The position numbers were made by a program, and so were the translations under genes. Of a DNA stretch of 64,000 nucleotides, positions 36,170-44,092 are shown piece after piece. Origin of the DNA: Gemmatimonadales bacterium (GTDB lineage Bacteria; Gemmatimonadota; Gemmatimonadetes; Gemmatimonadales; GWC2-71-9); the NCBI GenBank assembly GCA_036002655.1, contig DASYTD010000149.1, positions 1,452 through 65,451 of the forward strand, given 5' to 3'. Position 1 is the first letter of the stretch, and every line of letters starts with the position of its first letter. A model generated the notes under the pieces. That model made no database searches and was not told the origin of the DNA. It saw only the letters and a program-made list of their open reading frames with translations.

Positions 36170-36513
36170 ACGACGCTCTCCGCCGCGCGCAGCAGCTCGA
36201 GACGCACCAGACCGATGTTCACGTTGGGCTCCGCCACCGCGACGACCAGGATTCCGCCGGCCGAGTTCCCTCCCGGCACGACGAGCAGCGCCCCCTGCTC
36301 CGCCTGGAGATGCCAGAACACGCTCGTGCCGGTGCCGGCCGCTTCCATCGCGCGGCGCAAGCGGCCCGCGAGGCTCGCCGCCAGCGCGGCCACTGCCCCA
36401 CCCTTGATCCCTTCCATGAGCTGCTCGGCGACTACGATCCCGTCGTCCGCCGAGACGAGCATCGCCCCGCGCACGCCGCGCACGCGCGTGATCAGATCGA
36501 GCGCGGTGCTCAT
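36166..36513 (-). CDS. Roadblock/LC7 domain protein (stand-alone, 115 aa)
   Basis: Start taken at M7 (MSTALDLITRVRGVRGAMLVSADDGIVVAEQL...NIGLVRLELLRAAESV); it overlaps the upstream stop (ATGA). Typical Robl_LC7 pattern. Confidence 0.8.
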   Translation of the reverse strand: MSTALDLITRVRGVRGAMLVSADDGIVVAEQLMEGIKGGAVAALAASLAGRLRRAMEAAGTGTSVFWHLQAEQGALLVVPGGNSAGGILVVAVAEPNVNIGLVRLELLRAAESVV

Positions 36514-37358
36514 GTTTGTTTCTCCAACCACCGGCGCGCCATGGCGGTCGCGCGTTGCGCGAGAATCGCGAGGCGACCCAGCGGCATGCCGCGCTCCCGC
36601 ACGACGAGCAGCAAGGCCTCAGGCGTCGGATGGCCAAGGTGCACGTTGCCGTGCTGCCCTTCGGCCGAGAGCCCGTTCCACGCGCCGAGCCCGAGCAGCT
36701 TCGCGGTCCGCGCCGCCTCCTGCGACACACCGGCGAGATACGCGGCGACGGCGTCCGTGACATCAGTACCAGACTTATCCCTCAAGGCACCACCGAGGAC
36801 ACGACCAGCGCCGTCGATGAGCAGCAGGCCTTCGTTTGCACCCTCGAGTCCTGCGAAAACGCGAGCTTCGTCGAGCACACCACCCGAAACGGCGGCGGTA
36901 GAAGAGGCGGCGGTCGCTGACGGCTCCGGGGCGGAACTCGGTGTGGGCGACGGCGGTCCCACGCCGCTGCGCATCATCGCGATCGCCTGATCGATGGTGG
37001 GATCATCCGGCTCGACCTTGCGCGCGGCCTCGAGATGGGACTCGGCTTGCGCCAGGTCGCCGACTTTGAAATAGAGGAAGGCGAGTCCCTTCAACGCACC
37101 GGTGTGGTTCGGCGCGATCCGCACCGCCATGTCCCACTCGTCGAAGGCGCGCTCGTAATCATGCTTGTCGGTGAGCACGCGCGCGTACAGGTCGTGAGCG
37201 TCCGCCAGGTGGGGATGGCGCTCGAGGCCGTTCATCGCGACGCGCAGCGCCGCCTCGAGCTGGCCCTTGCGCCGCAAGGCTTCGCCCAGCCGCAGGAACA
37301 CGAGGCTCTGCGGATCCTGTGCGAGCTGGGCGGAGAGTGCGCGAATCTCGTCAGCCAT
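36510..37358 (-). CDS. TPR - Roadblock/LC7 fusion protein
   Basis: 282 aa. The N-terminal 130 aa or so are TPR-like (LGEALRRKGQLEAALRVAMNGLERHP, YERAFDEWDMAVRIAP, LAQAESHLEAARKVEP). A Ser/Pro/Ala linker follows. The C-terminal segment GLLLIDGAGRVLGGAL...ALLLVVRERGMPLGRLAILAQRA is Roadblock-like. Confidence 0.75.
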   Translation of the reverse strand: MADEIRALSAQLAQDPQSLVFLRLGEALRRKGQLEAALRVAMNGLERHPHLADAHDLYARVLTDKHDYERAFDEWDMAVRIAPNHTGALKGLAFLYFKVGDLAQAESHLEAARKVEPDDPTIDQAIAMMRSGVGPPSPTPSSAPEPSATAASSTAAVSGGVLDEARVFAGLEGANEGLLLIDGAGRVLGGALRDKSGTDVTDAVAAYLAGVSQEAARTAKLLGLGAWNGLSAEGQHGNVHLGHPTPEALLLVVRERGMPLGRLAILAQRATAMARRWLEKQT

Positions 37359-38487
37359 GGGCGAACACTCGGGCTGCTTGCCGGGCGCGCTCGACTTCGG
37401 ACCGCTGCGCTTCCTCGTCGGGGCCGCGGGCGAGCCGCTCCCATTGATCCCAGCTTGCGACCGCTTCGGCGAACCGGCCCATGGACACCAGCGCGAATCC
37501 CAGCTGGCGATGCGCGGCCGCGAGCTGCGGGTCGAGCCGCAGCGCGCGGCGCAGCTCCTCGGCAGCCGCGGAGCCGTGTCCCTGAGCCAGGTGAATCCGG
37601 CCGAGCAGCATGTGGATCGTCGGATCGTGCGGCTGCATGCCGCCCGCCTGCTCCGCCGCCGCGCGCGCCGCGTCGAGATCCTTCGCGAGCAACGCCCGCT
37701 CCGCCTTCGCGACGAGCTCCGGCAGATCCGACACGGCGCTGGGCCGCCCGCGCTTTGCCGTGCCGGGGTCCACCAGCACGATCACACCCGCGCTCTCGAG
37801 ACCGAACAGCGTCTTGGCGACGTCGAAGTCCGAGCGGCCCAGCTCCGTCGCCAGTCCCCGGACGGAACGCTCGCCATCAATGAGCGCCAGCACCTCCCAC
37901 TCGGGTGGCAGCAGATCGAGCTCGCCGCCGCCCCCTTCGGGTGGCGGCGCGAGCGACGGCACGACGCCGACATGGGGAATGCGGTTCTCGATGCGCGACC
38001 ATTCGTCGATGCGGCGCGCTCCTTCCATCAGCAACGCTTCGACCGGAATCCGCACCGTGACCTCGGTCGGCACTTTCGTGTCGGGCTGCTCGTTGAACGA
38101 GAAGTAGCCTTCGTTCCAGCTCATCACTTCGAAGACGACTTCCTCGATCTGGAACCGCACTTGCCGCTCGACCTCGCGTTGGGTGATCACGCCGAGCGCG
38201 ACCAGGATTTCGCCGAGCCGCCGCTTGTCGCCCTGGCGCTGCTGCATGTCGCGGGCGCGCTCGAGGTCGGCCTCGGTGATCTTGCCCGTGCGCAGCAGCA
38301 GCGCGCCCAGCGGGTGCGGGTTGCTGCGGATTTCCGCGGAGACCACCACCCCGTTGTCGAAATAGATCGTCCCCTCGTTGTGCCGCAGCTCCGAGGTGAC
38401 CTTCAACGCGCCCGTCTTCCGGCTCAGATCGAGGAGCTGGAAGACGTCGTGGATGCCGAGCTCGCGGAGCGGTCCTTCGATCGCCAT
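37351..38487 (-). CDS. PATAN/DUF4388 domain - MshEN-like tandem motif - TPR protein (paralogue B)
   Basis: 378 aa. MAIEGPLRELGIHDVFQLLDLSRKTGALKV...GTIYFDNGVVVSA (DUF4388). Then PLGALLLRTGKITEADLERARDMQ and RLGEILVALGVITQREVERQVRFQ. C-terminal TPR repeats. Confidence 0.8.
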   Translation of the reverse strand: MAIEGPLRELGIHDVFQLLDLSRKTGALKVTSELRHNEGTIYFDNGVVVSAEIRSNPHPLGALLLRTGKITEADLERARDMQQRQGDKRRLGEILVALGVITQREVERQVRFQIEEVVFEVMSWNEGYFSFNEQPDTKVPTEVTVRIPVEALLMEGARRIDEWSRIENRIPHVGVVPSLAPPPEGGGGELDLLPPEWEVLALIDGERSVRGLATELGRSDFDVAKTLFGLESAGVIVLVDPGTAKRGRPSAVSDLPELVAKAERALLAKDLDAARAAAEQAGGMQPHDPTIHMLLGRIHLAQGHGSAAAEELRRALRLDPQLAAAHRQLGFALVSMGRFAEAVASWDQWERLARGPDEEAQRSEVERARQAARVFAHG

Positions 38488-38491
38488 GTCG

Positions 38492-41191
38492 CTACGCCGC
38501 GTCCGAGGTGGAGAAGATGTGCTGCAAATCCACGGCGGTCCGCGCGTGCATGCGCGACCGCTGCGCGAACGGTCCGCCCGGATCGATGCGGGTCACCCGC
38601 TCCCACGCGTCCACCGCTTCGCCATAGCGCTGCAGCCGCGCCAGCGTCGCGCCGAGGTAGAATAACGCGCCGGTGTGCTCGGGATCGAACTTGAGCGCGC
38701 GCCGGAACGCCTCGAGCGCTTCGACGTTGCGCTTGTCGTCGAGCAGCGCTCGGCCGAGCAACAGCAACGCATCCATGTCGTACGGATCCTGCTCCAGCAT
38801 TTCGGCGAGCCGCACCACGGCGGCGCGAACGCTGCCCGAGCGCCGCAACAAATCGGCGAGCGCGAGCGCCGCCTCATGGAACGTCGGCAACGCCTCGAGC
38901 GCCTCTTCGTACGCGCGCTGCGCCTGCGGCCAATCTTCGTCCTGCTCGTGCAGCCGGCCCAGCTCCAGCCACACCTGCACGAATCCCCGATCGAGATCGA
39001 GGGCGGAGCGGTACGCGGCGCTCGCGCCCTGCCGATCGCCGACCTTGAGCGCGATGTCGCCCTGCAGCTTGTGCAGATCGGCACGCGCCGGCGCACGGGT
39101 CTGTGCCTGCCGCAGCGCCGTGAGCGCGCCGGCCGCGTCACCCGTCGCGGCGCGTGCCTTTGCGGCGGCCACCAGCACCTCGACGTCTTCCGGCGCGTTG
39201 GTGGCGAGCGCTTCGGCGAGCGGCAGCGCTTCGGCTCCCCGATGCACGGCCAGGAGGCTCTTCACCTCGCCCAGCGCCGCGGCGGAGTTCGCGGCGTCGA
39301 GCGTGCGGGCTTCGCGGTAGCGCTCGAGCGCTTCGCCGTGCAGGCCGCGGCGCGCGTAGATGTCGCCGAGCAGCGTGGCCGCCTGGCCGCGGTCGGCACC
39401 GCGCTGGACGGCCCGCATCGCTTCGGCGACCGCGAGGTCCATCATCCCCTTGCTCACGTAGTCGCGTGCCAAGGCAAGCGGGTCGTCCACTTTCTTCGCG
39501 AGCCCGGCAGGTGCGGGCTGCAGCGCCGCCGCGGGCGGCTCGAGCTCCTGGAAAATGTTGTCGAGCAGCCGTTGGTCGAACGCGAACTCGCCTCCGAGGT
39601 TCTCGGCCGTGACGTCGGCCGAGATCTCGGGCACGATGCCGATGGCCACGGTCTCGTATTGCAGGTCGATCGCCAGGGCGAATTTCTGCGAGACGTAGTA
39701 GGGATCCAGCTCGAGGGCGCGTTTGGTGGCCCGCAGCGCGCCGTCGTAATCGCCGAGATTGGACAGCGTGAAGCTCAGGTTGTAGTGCGCGCCGGCATTC
39801 TGCGGATCGGCCTCGACCGCTCGCACGAACGCGTTGCGGGCATCGGGAAACCGTTTCAGCTCGACCAGCACCAGCCCCACGCCGTTCCACGCCGGCGCCG
39901 ACGCCGGCTGTTCCGCCAGCACCTGGCGATAGGCTTCGAGTGCGAGCTGGAAGCGGCGCAGATGCGTGAGCAGCAACGCGAGATTGAGCCGGGCGCCCAG
40001 GAATCCGGGCGAGAGCTGCAGCGCTTTCCGGAACCCCTCGATGGCGTCCTCGGTGTCGCTCTGATGCGCGAGCACCACGCCCACGTTATTCCAGGCGAGC
40101 GCGTAGCGCGGATCGACTTCGGTCGCCTGACGATAGGACGTGAGCGCTTCGGCCGTGCGCCCCGCCTGATGCAACACCACGCCGCGCTCGTTCCACAGCT
40201 TGGGCGAATCAGGCAGGTCATGGATCAACGACTCGTACAGCTCGAGCGCGTCGGGGAAGTCGCGCTTGAGGAGATAGACCTCCGCCATCGCCTGGCGCAC
40301 GAGCCGCCGGTCCTCCCCGCGCTCGATCGCGAGGCGATACTCGCGCAGCGCCTCCGTGTAGTAGCCCTTCTGCCGGAAGGCGAGGCCGAGGTTGTAGTGG
40401 GCGAGCTCGCTGCCCTCGGCGACTTCCGGCGCGGGTTGCTCGCGCAGCCGGTGCTCGGCCGACTGCCGCTCGGCGCGGTAGCGCTCCAGCGACAGATTCG
40501 TCTGCGCGCGCGCGAGCGGCGGGTTGAGCTGAATCGCCCGTTTCGATGCCGCGCGCGCATCCTGATGCCGCCCCATGTCGCCGAGCACGAACGCCATCAG
40601 GTAATGCGCGTTCGCGTTGTCGGGATTGAGCATCACCGCGCGCTCCAGGGCGGTCAGCGCCGGCTCGTTCAAGCCGCGATTGTAGTAGACCTCCCCCAGA
40701 TAGAAGTGCACGACGGAGGAATCGGGCTCCTCCTCGGCGGCCCGCAGGAACCACTCGGTCGCGACTTCCAACCGGCCGCGGGATTTCTCGGCGAGTCCGA
40801 GCTGGATGATCGCGGCCACGTCCTTGGGCTTGTGGGCGAGCAGCTCCTCGAACTCGGCGACCGCCTCCTCGAAGGCGCCGAGGATCGCGTACGTGCGGCC
40901 CAGCTCCCAGCGCGCGTCGCGCTCGTCGGGCGCCTGGCGCAGGCGCTCCTGCAGCTCGCCGACGCGGCGGTCGTAATAGCCGGTGTTGTGGTAGGAAATC
41001 TCGAGGTTGCGCTGCGCGACCTGCATCCGCGGGTCGAGCTCCAGCGCGCGCGTGAACTGCTCGATGGCCTCGGGCACGAGGCCTTTTTGATAATAGAGAA
41101 CGCCGAGGTTGTTGTGCGCCCCCGCGTCCGACGGATCGATCCGGCGGGCAAAGGACCTCAACACCGTGAGGTCGCGTTCTGATACGATCAA
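38492..41191 (-). CDS. large TPR-repeat protein (about 899 aa)
   Basis: ORF 38492..41302 is TPR repeats essentially end to end (more than 20 repeats by eye). The annotated ORF start overlaps cheC by 115 nt. I prefer TTG 41191-41189, which forms TTGA with the cheC stop. GTG 41164 is an alternative start. Confidence 0.8.
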   Translation of the reverse strand: MIVSERDLTVLRSFARRIDPSDAGAHNNLGVLYYQKGLVPEAIEQFTRALELDPRMQVAQRNLEISYHNTGYYDRRVGELQERLRQAPDERDARWELGRTYAILGAFEEAVAEFEELLAHKPKDVAAIIQLGLAEKSRGRLEVATEWFLRAAEEEPDSSVVHFYLGEVYYNRGLNEPALTALERAVMLNPDNANAHYLMAFVLGDMGRHQDARAASKRAIQLNPPLARAQTNLSLERYRAERQSAEHRLREQPAPEVAEGSELAHYNLGLAFRQKGYYTEALREYRLAIERGEDRRLVRQAMAEVYLLKRDFPDALELYESLIHDLPDSPKLWNERGVVLHQAGRTAEALTSYRQATEVDPRYALAWNNVGVVLAHQSDTEDAIEGFRKALQLSPGFLGARLNLALLLTHLRRFQLALEAYRQVLAEQPASAPAWNGVGLVLVELKRFPDARNAFVRAVEADPQNAGAHYNLSFTLSNLGDYDGALRATKRALELDPYYVSQKFALAIDLQYETVAIGIVPEISADVTAENLGGEFAFDQRLLDNIFQELEPPAAALQPAPAGLAKKVDDPLALARDYVSKGMMDLAVAEAMRAVQRGADRGQAATLLGDIYARRGLHGEALERYREARTLDAANSAAALGEVKSLLAVHRGAEALPLAEALATNAPEDVEVLVAAAKARAATGDAAGALTALRQAQTRAPARADLHKLQGDIALKVGDRQGASAAYRSALDLDRGFVQVWLELGRLHEQDEDWPQAQRAYEEALEALPTFHEAALALADLLRRSGSVRAAVVRLAEMLEQDPYDMDALLLLGRALLDDKRNVEALEAFRRALKFDPEHTGALFYLGATLARLQRYGEAVDAWERVTRIDPGGPFAQRSRMHARTAVDLQHIFSTSDAA

Positions 41192-41805
41192 GTCAATCGA
41201 ATGGCGTCGAAGATCGCTTTGAGAGACGCCAGGTCGGGCAGGAGCAGGAAATGCCCGCGCAGCCCGTCTTGGGCATCGATGTTGAACTCCGTCTCGACGC
41301 AAAACACGAAGTCCCGGTCGTGCCCAAAGTTCAGATAGGTCGTTGTGAGCACGGCGGCGGAGAGATCCACTACCAGGCTAGGGACCGAGGGGAGCAGCAA
41401 CATCCCCATGAATTCGGACAGCGCGTTCATGTAAGCGCCCGAGAGGATGTTGCCGGCTTCCTTGAGGCAGGACTGCTCGATCGTCTCGAACACCTTGGTC
41501 GTGCCCAGGGGGCGCTTGAGCAGCATGTCGCACAGCTGCCGCCCGACGGGCTCGGGGAACAGCAGCAACGTGCGTCCCGTGAGGTCGCCGAGCATGTGCA
41601 TGAGGACGGCGGCGACGACCTCCTGTGGGTCGCCGATCAGTCCCGGCACCTCCTCGAGGCGCGCGATGTTGATCTCGGGTACCGAGATCATGATGCGCCG
41701 GTGCGTGAGCTGCGACAGCGCCGTGGCGGCGTGCCCCGCTCCGATGTTGGCGACCTCTTTCAGCGCGTCGAGCTGCAGCGCCTTCAGATCACGGACGTCT
41801 TCCAT
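41188..41805 (-). CDS. cheC: CheY-P phosphatase CheC
   Basis: Start taken at M12 (MEDVRDLKALQLDALKEVANIGAGHAATALSQL) with GGAGGAG upstream. A second pseudo-repeat follows (EQSCLKEAGNILSGAYMNALSEF). Both halves carry the E-x2-N active-site pattern. Confidence 0.85.
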   Translation of the reverse strand: MEDVRDLKALQLDALKEVANIGAGHAATALSQLTHRRIMISVPEINIARLEEVPGLIGDPQEVVAAVLMHMLGDLTGRTLLLFPEPVGRQLCDMLLKRPLGTTKVFETIEQSCLKEAGNILSGAYMNALSEFMGMLLLPSVPSLVVDLSAAVLTTTYLNFGHDRDFVFCVETEFNIDAQDGLRGHFLLLPDLASLKAIFDAIRLT

Positions 41806-41818
41806 CGTCGCTCCTCCC

Positions 41819-43717
41819 CTACACCAGGCCGGCGGCATCGAGAATCAGCGCCGGCACCCCATCGCCCATGATCGTGGCGCCGCTGAAGACCGGCAGCGTG
41901 CCTTCCGGTGCATCGAATCCCTTCACGACGATCTCCTGCTGACTGAGCATCCCGTCGACGACGATCCCGGCGCGCCGCTCGCCCAATTCCACAACAATCA
42001 CTGGGCGCCGCGGCGGCGGCGCGGGAGCACCGCCATTCGTTCCCAGGAGCTTCCGCAGATCCACGAGCGGCACCACCCGATCGCGCAGCACAATGGCGTC
42101 GCGGCCTTCCATCGTCGTGAGGGGCACCGTCCCGAACTCGACCGTCTCCGCGACGTAGGTCAGCGGCAGCGCGTAGCGCTCCTGGCCGACGGCGGCGATC
42201 AGCGCGCGCACGATCGCGAGCGTCACCGGCAGCCGCAGGATGAAGGCGGTGCCCTTCCCCGGCTCGGTGCGGATCTCGATCGATCCGCCGAGCGCGCGGA
42301 TGCGCGTCATGGCGACATCGATCCCGACTCCTCGGCCCGAGACGTTGGTCACCGCATCCGCCGTGGAGAATCCCGGCCGCGCGAGCACGCGCAGCAGCTG
42401 ATCGTCCGACAGTGCCTCGACGTGCGGGCCCACGATTCCTTCGCGCTTCGCCTGCTCCAGAATGCGCGTGCGATCGATGCCGCGGCCGTCGTCGCTGATG
42501 CTGATCGCGACGCTGGAGCGCTCGCGCACGGCCGAGAGAACGATCTCTCCCTCGGCATTCTTCTTGGCGCGTTTGCGCTCGGCGGGGGACTCGATGCCGT
42601 GGTCCACGGCGTTGCGCAGCAGGTGCACGAGCGGATCGCCCAACTCGTCGAGGATTTCGCGATCGAGCTCGATCTCCTTCCCTTCCACGCGAAACGCCAC
42701 CTGCTTGCCGACCTGCCGGGCAACGTCGCGCACCAGCCGGGGAAAGCGATCGAACACTTGCCAGACCGGCGTCATGCGCGCCTGGATGATTTCGTTCTGC
42801 AGATCAGCGGAGAGCCGCGAGATCTGAATCGCGACTTCGTCGATCTGCGGATCGTGTCCGACCCAGCGTGCCGCCAGCTCGTTCAAGCGGCCGCGCTCCG
42901 TGACGAGCTCGCCGATGAGATCCATGAGCGTATCGAGCCGGCGCAGATCCACCCGGATGTGCCGGCCGCGCCCCCCACCCGCGACGCTCTCGGCGGGCGT
43001 GACCTGGCTCTCGTCGCCCCCCCCCGCGACGGTGGCGCGTTCGACGTCTCCCACCGAGCGGATGGCGGCCTCGATGTCGGCCGGCGCAGCCGCGGTGTCG
43101 AGCTCGAAGGCGAAACGGCCATCGAAGTCATCGGACTCGAATGCGGCGGCCGCGGGCTGGAGGCGATGAACAGCGCCGAGCGTCTGCGCCTTGCGCACGA
43201 TCAGCATCGCGCGGCCGCCCTTGAGCGGGGCTTCGGGACGGATTACGACTTGGACGACGCGTCCGGAGCCGGACGGGGCGGCGAGTGAGGCGGCGGCGGG
43301 GGGCGGCGGTCGCTTGGGCACCGCCTGGGCTTTCGGTGCGTAATGCGCCGCTGCGCGATCGATGTCCGCGACAACGGTCAGATCCGCATCACGCTCCCGG
43401 CCGGCAACGGCGAGCGCAACCGCCTTCTCGAGTGCGTCAGTTGCGCGGAACAAGAGCTGCAGCGTCTCGTCAGTCGGATGTCGCGCGCCGCGCCGCAAGT
43501 GATCGAGCAGGTTTTCCATGCGGTGGGCGAGGTCCGCGACGCGGCCGTAACCCATCGTCGCCGCCATCCCCTTGATCGTATGCACCGCGCGGAAGATGCC
43601 GCCCACCGGCTCCGGCGAGGCGGGATGCCGCTCCCACTCGAGCAACAGCTGATTGCAGGCGCTCAAGTGCTCGCGGCTCTCGGCCAGGAACAGCTCGGCG
43701 TACTGCGACAGGTCCAT
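41819..43717 (-). CDS. cheA: chemotaxis histidine kinase CheA
   Basis: Start taken at M43 (MDLSQYAELFLAESREHL), 2 nt after the cheY stop. Hpt motif FRAVHTIKG, dimerisation RHIRVDLRRLDTLMDLIGELV, N-box HLLRNAVDHGIE, G-boxes DDGRGID and GRGVGID, and a C-terminal CheW-like domain. No C-terminal REC domain. Confidence 0.95.
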   Translation of the reverse strand: MDLSQYAELFLAESREHLSACNQLLLEWERHPASPEPVGGIFRAVHTIKGMAATMGYGRVADLAHRMENLLDHLRRGARHPTDETLQLLFRATDALEKAVALAVAGRERDADLTVVADIDRAAAHYAPKAQAVPKRPPPPAAASLAAPSGSGRVVQVVIRPEAPLKGGRAMLIVRKAQTLGAVHRLQPAAAAFESDDFDGRFAFELDTAAAPADIEAAIRSVGDVERATVAGGGDESQVTPAESVAGGGRGRHIRVDLRRLDTLMDLIGELVTERGRLNELAARWVGHDPQIDEVAIQISRLSADLQNEIIQARMTPVWQVFDRFPRLVRDVARQVGKQVAFRVEGKEIELDREILDELGDPLVHLLRNAVDHGIESPAERKRAKKNAEGEIVLSAVRERSSVAISISDDGRGIDRTRILEQAKREGIVGPHVEALSDDQLLRVLARPGFSTADAVTNVSGRGVGIDVAMTRIRALGGSIEIRTEPGKGTAFILRLPVTLAIVRALIAAVGQERYALPLTYVAETVEFGTVPLTTMEGRDAIVLRDRVVPLVDLRKLLGTNGGAPAPPPRRPVIVVELGERRAGIVVDGMLSQQEIVVKGFDAPEGTLPVFSGATIMGDGVPALILDAAGLV

Positions 43718-43719
43718 CG

Positions 43720-44082
43720 CTATCCCAGGACGCGCTGGACGGCTTCGAGGACGCGGGAGGGCTGGAAGGGTTTGACGACGAAGTCCTTGGCGCCCGCCTG
43801 AATGGCTTCGACGACCAGCGCCTGCTGGCCCATGGCGCTGCACATCAGGATCTTGGCGTCGGGATCGTGCTTGACGATTTCGCGGACGGCATCGATGCCG
43901 CCCATGTCGGGCATCACGATGTCCATCGTGACGAGGTCGGGCTTGAGCTGCCGGTACTTTTCGACCGCCTGGGTGCCGGTTTCCGCCTCGCCGACGACCT
44001 CGAATCCGGCCTGGGCCAGGATGTCGGTGATCATCGTGCGCATGAAGATGGCATCGTCACAGACGAGAACCGTGTGGCTCAC
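43720..44082 (-). CDS. cheY: chemotaxis response regulator CheY
   Basis: 120 aa single REC domain. VLVCDD, LVTMDIVMP (phospho-Asp), CSAMG and FVVKPF are all present. Confidence 0.95.
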   Translation of the reverse strand: MSHTVLVCDDAIFMRTMITDILAQAGFEVVGEAETGTQAVEKYRQLKPDLVTMDIVMPDMGGIDAVREIVKHDPDAKILMCSAMGQQALVVEAIQAGAKDFVVKPFQPSRVLEAVQRVLG

Positions 44083-44092
44083 TGCTCGCTCC

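Noticed and set aside
35088-37358. Is the Roadblock plus small-GTPase set a Streptomyces-type conservon (cvnA-D)?
   Set aside because: No CvnA-like sensor kinase gene and no DUF742 (CvnC) gene are present. The GTPase has the MglA-specific TVPGQ and TDRTLFFDF motifs, and an MglB-like partner lies directly upstream.
38675-41182. Very long plus-strand ORFs, including 38675..41182 (835 aa), 56511..58496, 47291..49141, 41447..43288, 31583..33418, 8975..10057 and 10105..11217.
   Set aside because: Each lies antisense to a minus-strand gene with unmistakable conserved motifs (TPR protein, ftsH, ileS, cheA, ftsZ, ftsA). Their translations are Arg/Ala/Gly/Pro/His-rich low complexity. They are typical shadow ORFs of a high-GC genome in which stop codons are rare.
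38492-41191. Could the 899-aa protein be a cryptic chemoreceptor?
   Set aside because: The sequence is TPR repeats throughout. I see no transmembrane segments, no HAMP domain, and no long antiparallel coiled-coil signalling hairpin with methylation-site heptads.
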